Source of the DNA: a bacterium
Lineage (GTDB): Bacteria > Hinthialibacterota > Hinthialibacteria > Hinthialibacterales > Hinthialibacteraceae
Assembly (NCBI GenBank): GCA_963663405.2
Contig: CAXXSM010000073.1
Coordinates: 32,001 to 96,000 of the forward strand
Length of the DNA stretch: 64,000 nucleotides
Direction of reading: 5' to 3'
Within the stretch, counting starts at the first letter, position 1; every line of letters starts with the position of its first letter. Under the pieces are notes generated by a model. It made no database searches. It saw only the letters and a list, made by a program, of their open reading frames with translations, and had not been told where the DNA came from. The position numbers were made by a program, and so were the translations under genes. This document shows, piece after piece, positions 63,938 through 64,000 of the stretch.

Positions 63938-64000
63938 AACCGTGTCCTTTCATTTTCTTTTGGATTCCTTAGCTGTTCCAATTGTAAAGCGTCTTCTATT

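Overview
This is a bacterial chromosomal window of moderate GC. The large modular secreted proteins (LTD/CotH, FG-GAP plus Pro-Thr linker, C-terminal ...VxxWxxY) suggest a PVC-adjacent candidate lineage such as Hinthialibacterota/OLB16, which is inference only. Housekeeping and metabolic genes include fumC, phoH-7TM/HD-ybeY-corC-DUF502, lptB, a GHMP kinase, a sulfatase, an FAD oxidoreductase, an ABC exporter and a hybrid histidine kinase. There is a divergent radical-SAM / glycosyltransferase locus ending in a TMTC-like GT-C. Two adjacent complete IS elements have identifiable inverted repeats and target duplications: an IS3-family element at 25716-27242 (TSD TTC) and a DDE element at 27320-29405 (TSD TTGAT). 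Five toxin-antitoxin modules and an Abi gene are present; four of the five toxins are truncated or nonsense-mutated while the antitoxin ORFs are full length. The most notable items are: a VapB-like tail fused to a ~270-aa unknown domain ahead of a PIN toxin; a full-length GH2 lacking its nucleophile; GTAG-type REP-like and attC-half-site-like motifs at module borders; direct repeats flanking the kinase gene; and a 26-aa TatA-like ORF missed by the ORF track. Many genes between about 15 and 53 kb are split by single-base homopolymer insertions, most likely sequencing errors. No rRNA, tRNA or CRISPR array was recognised.
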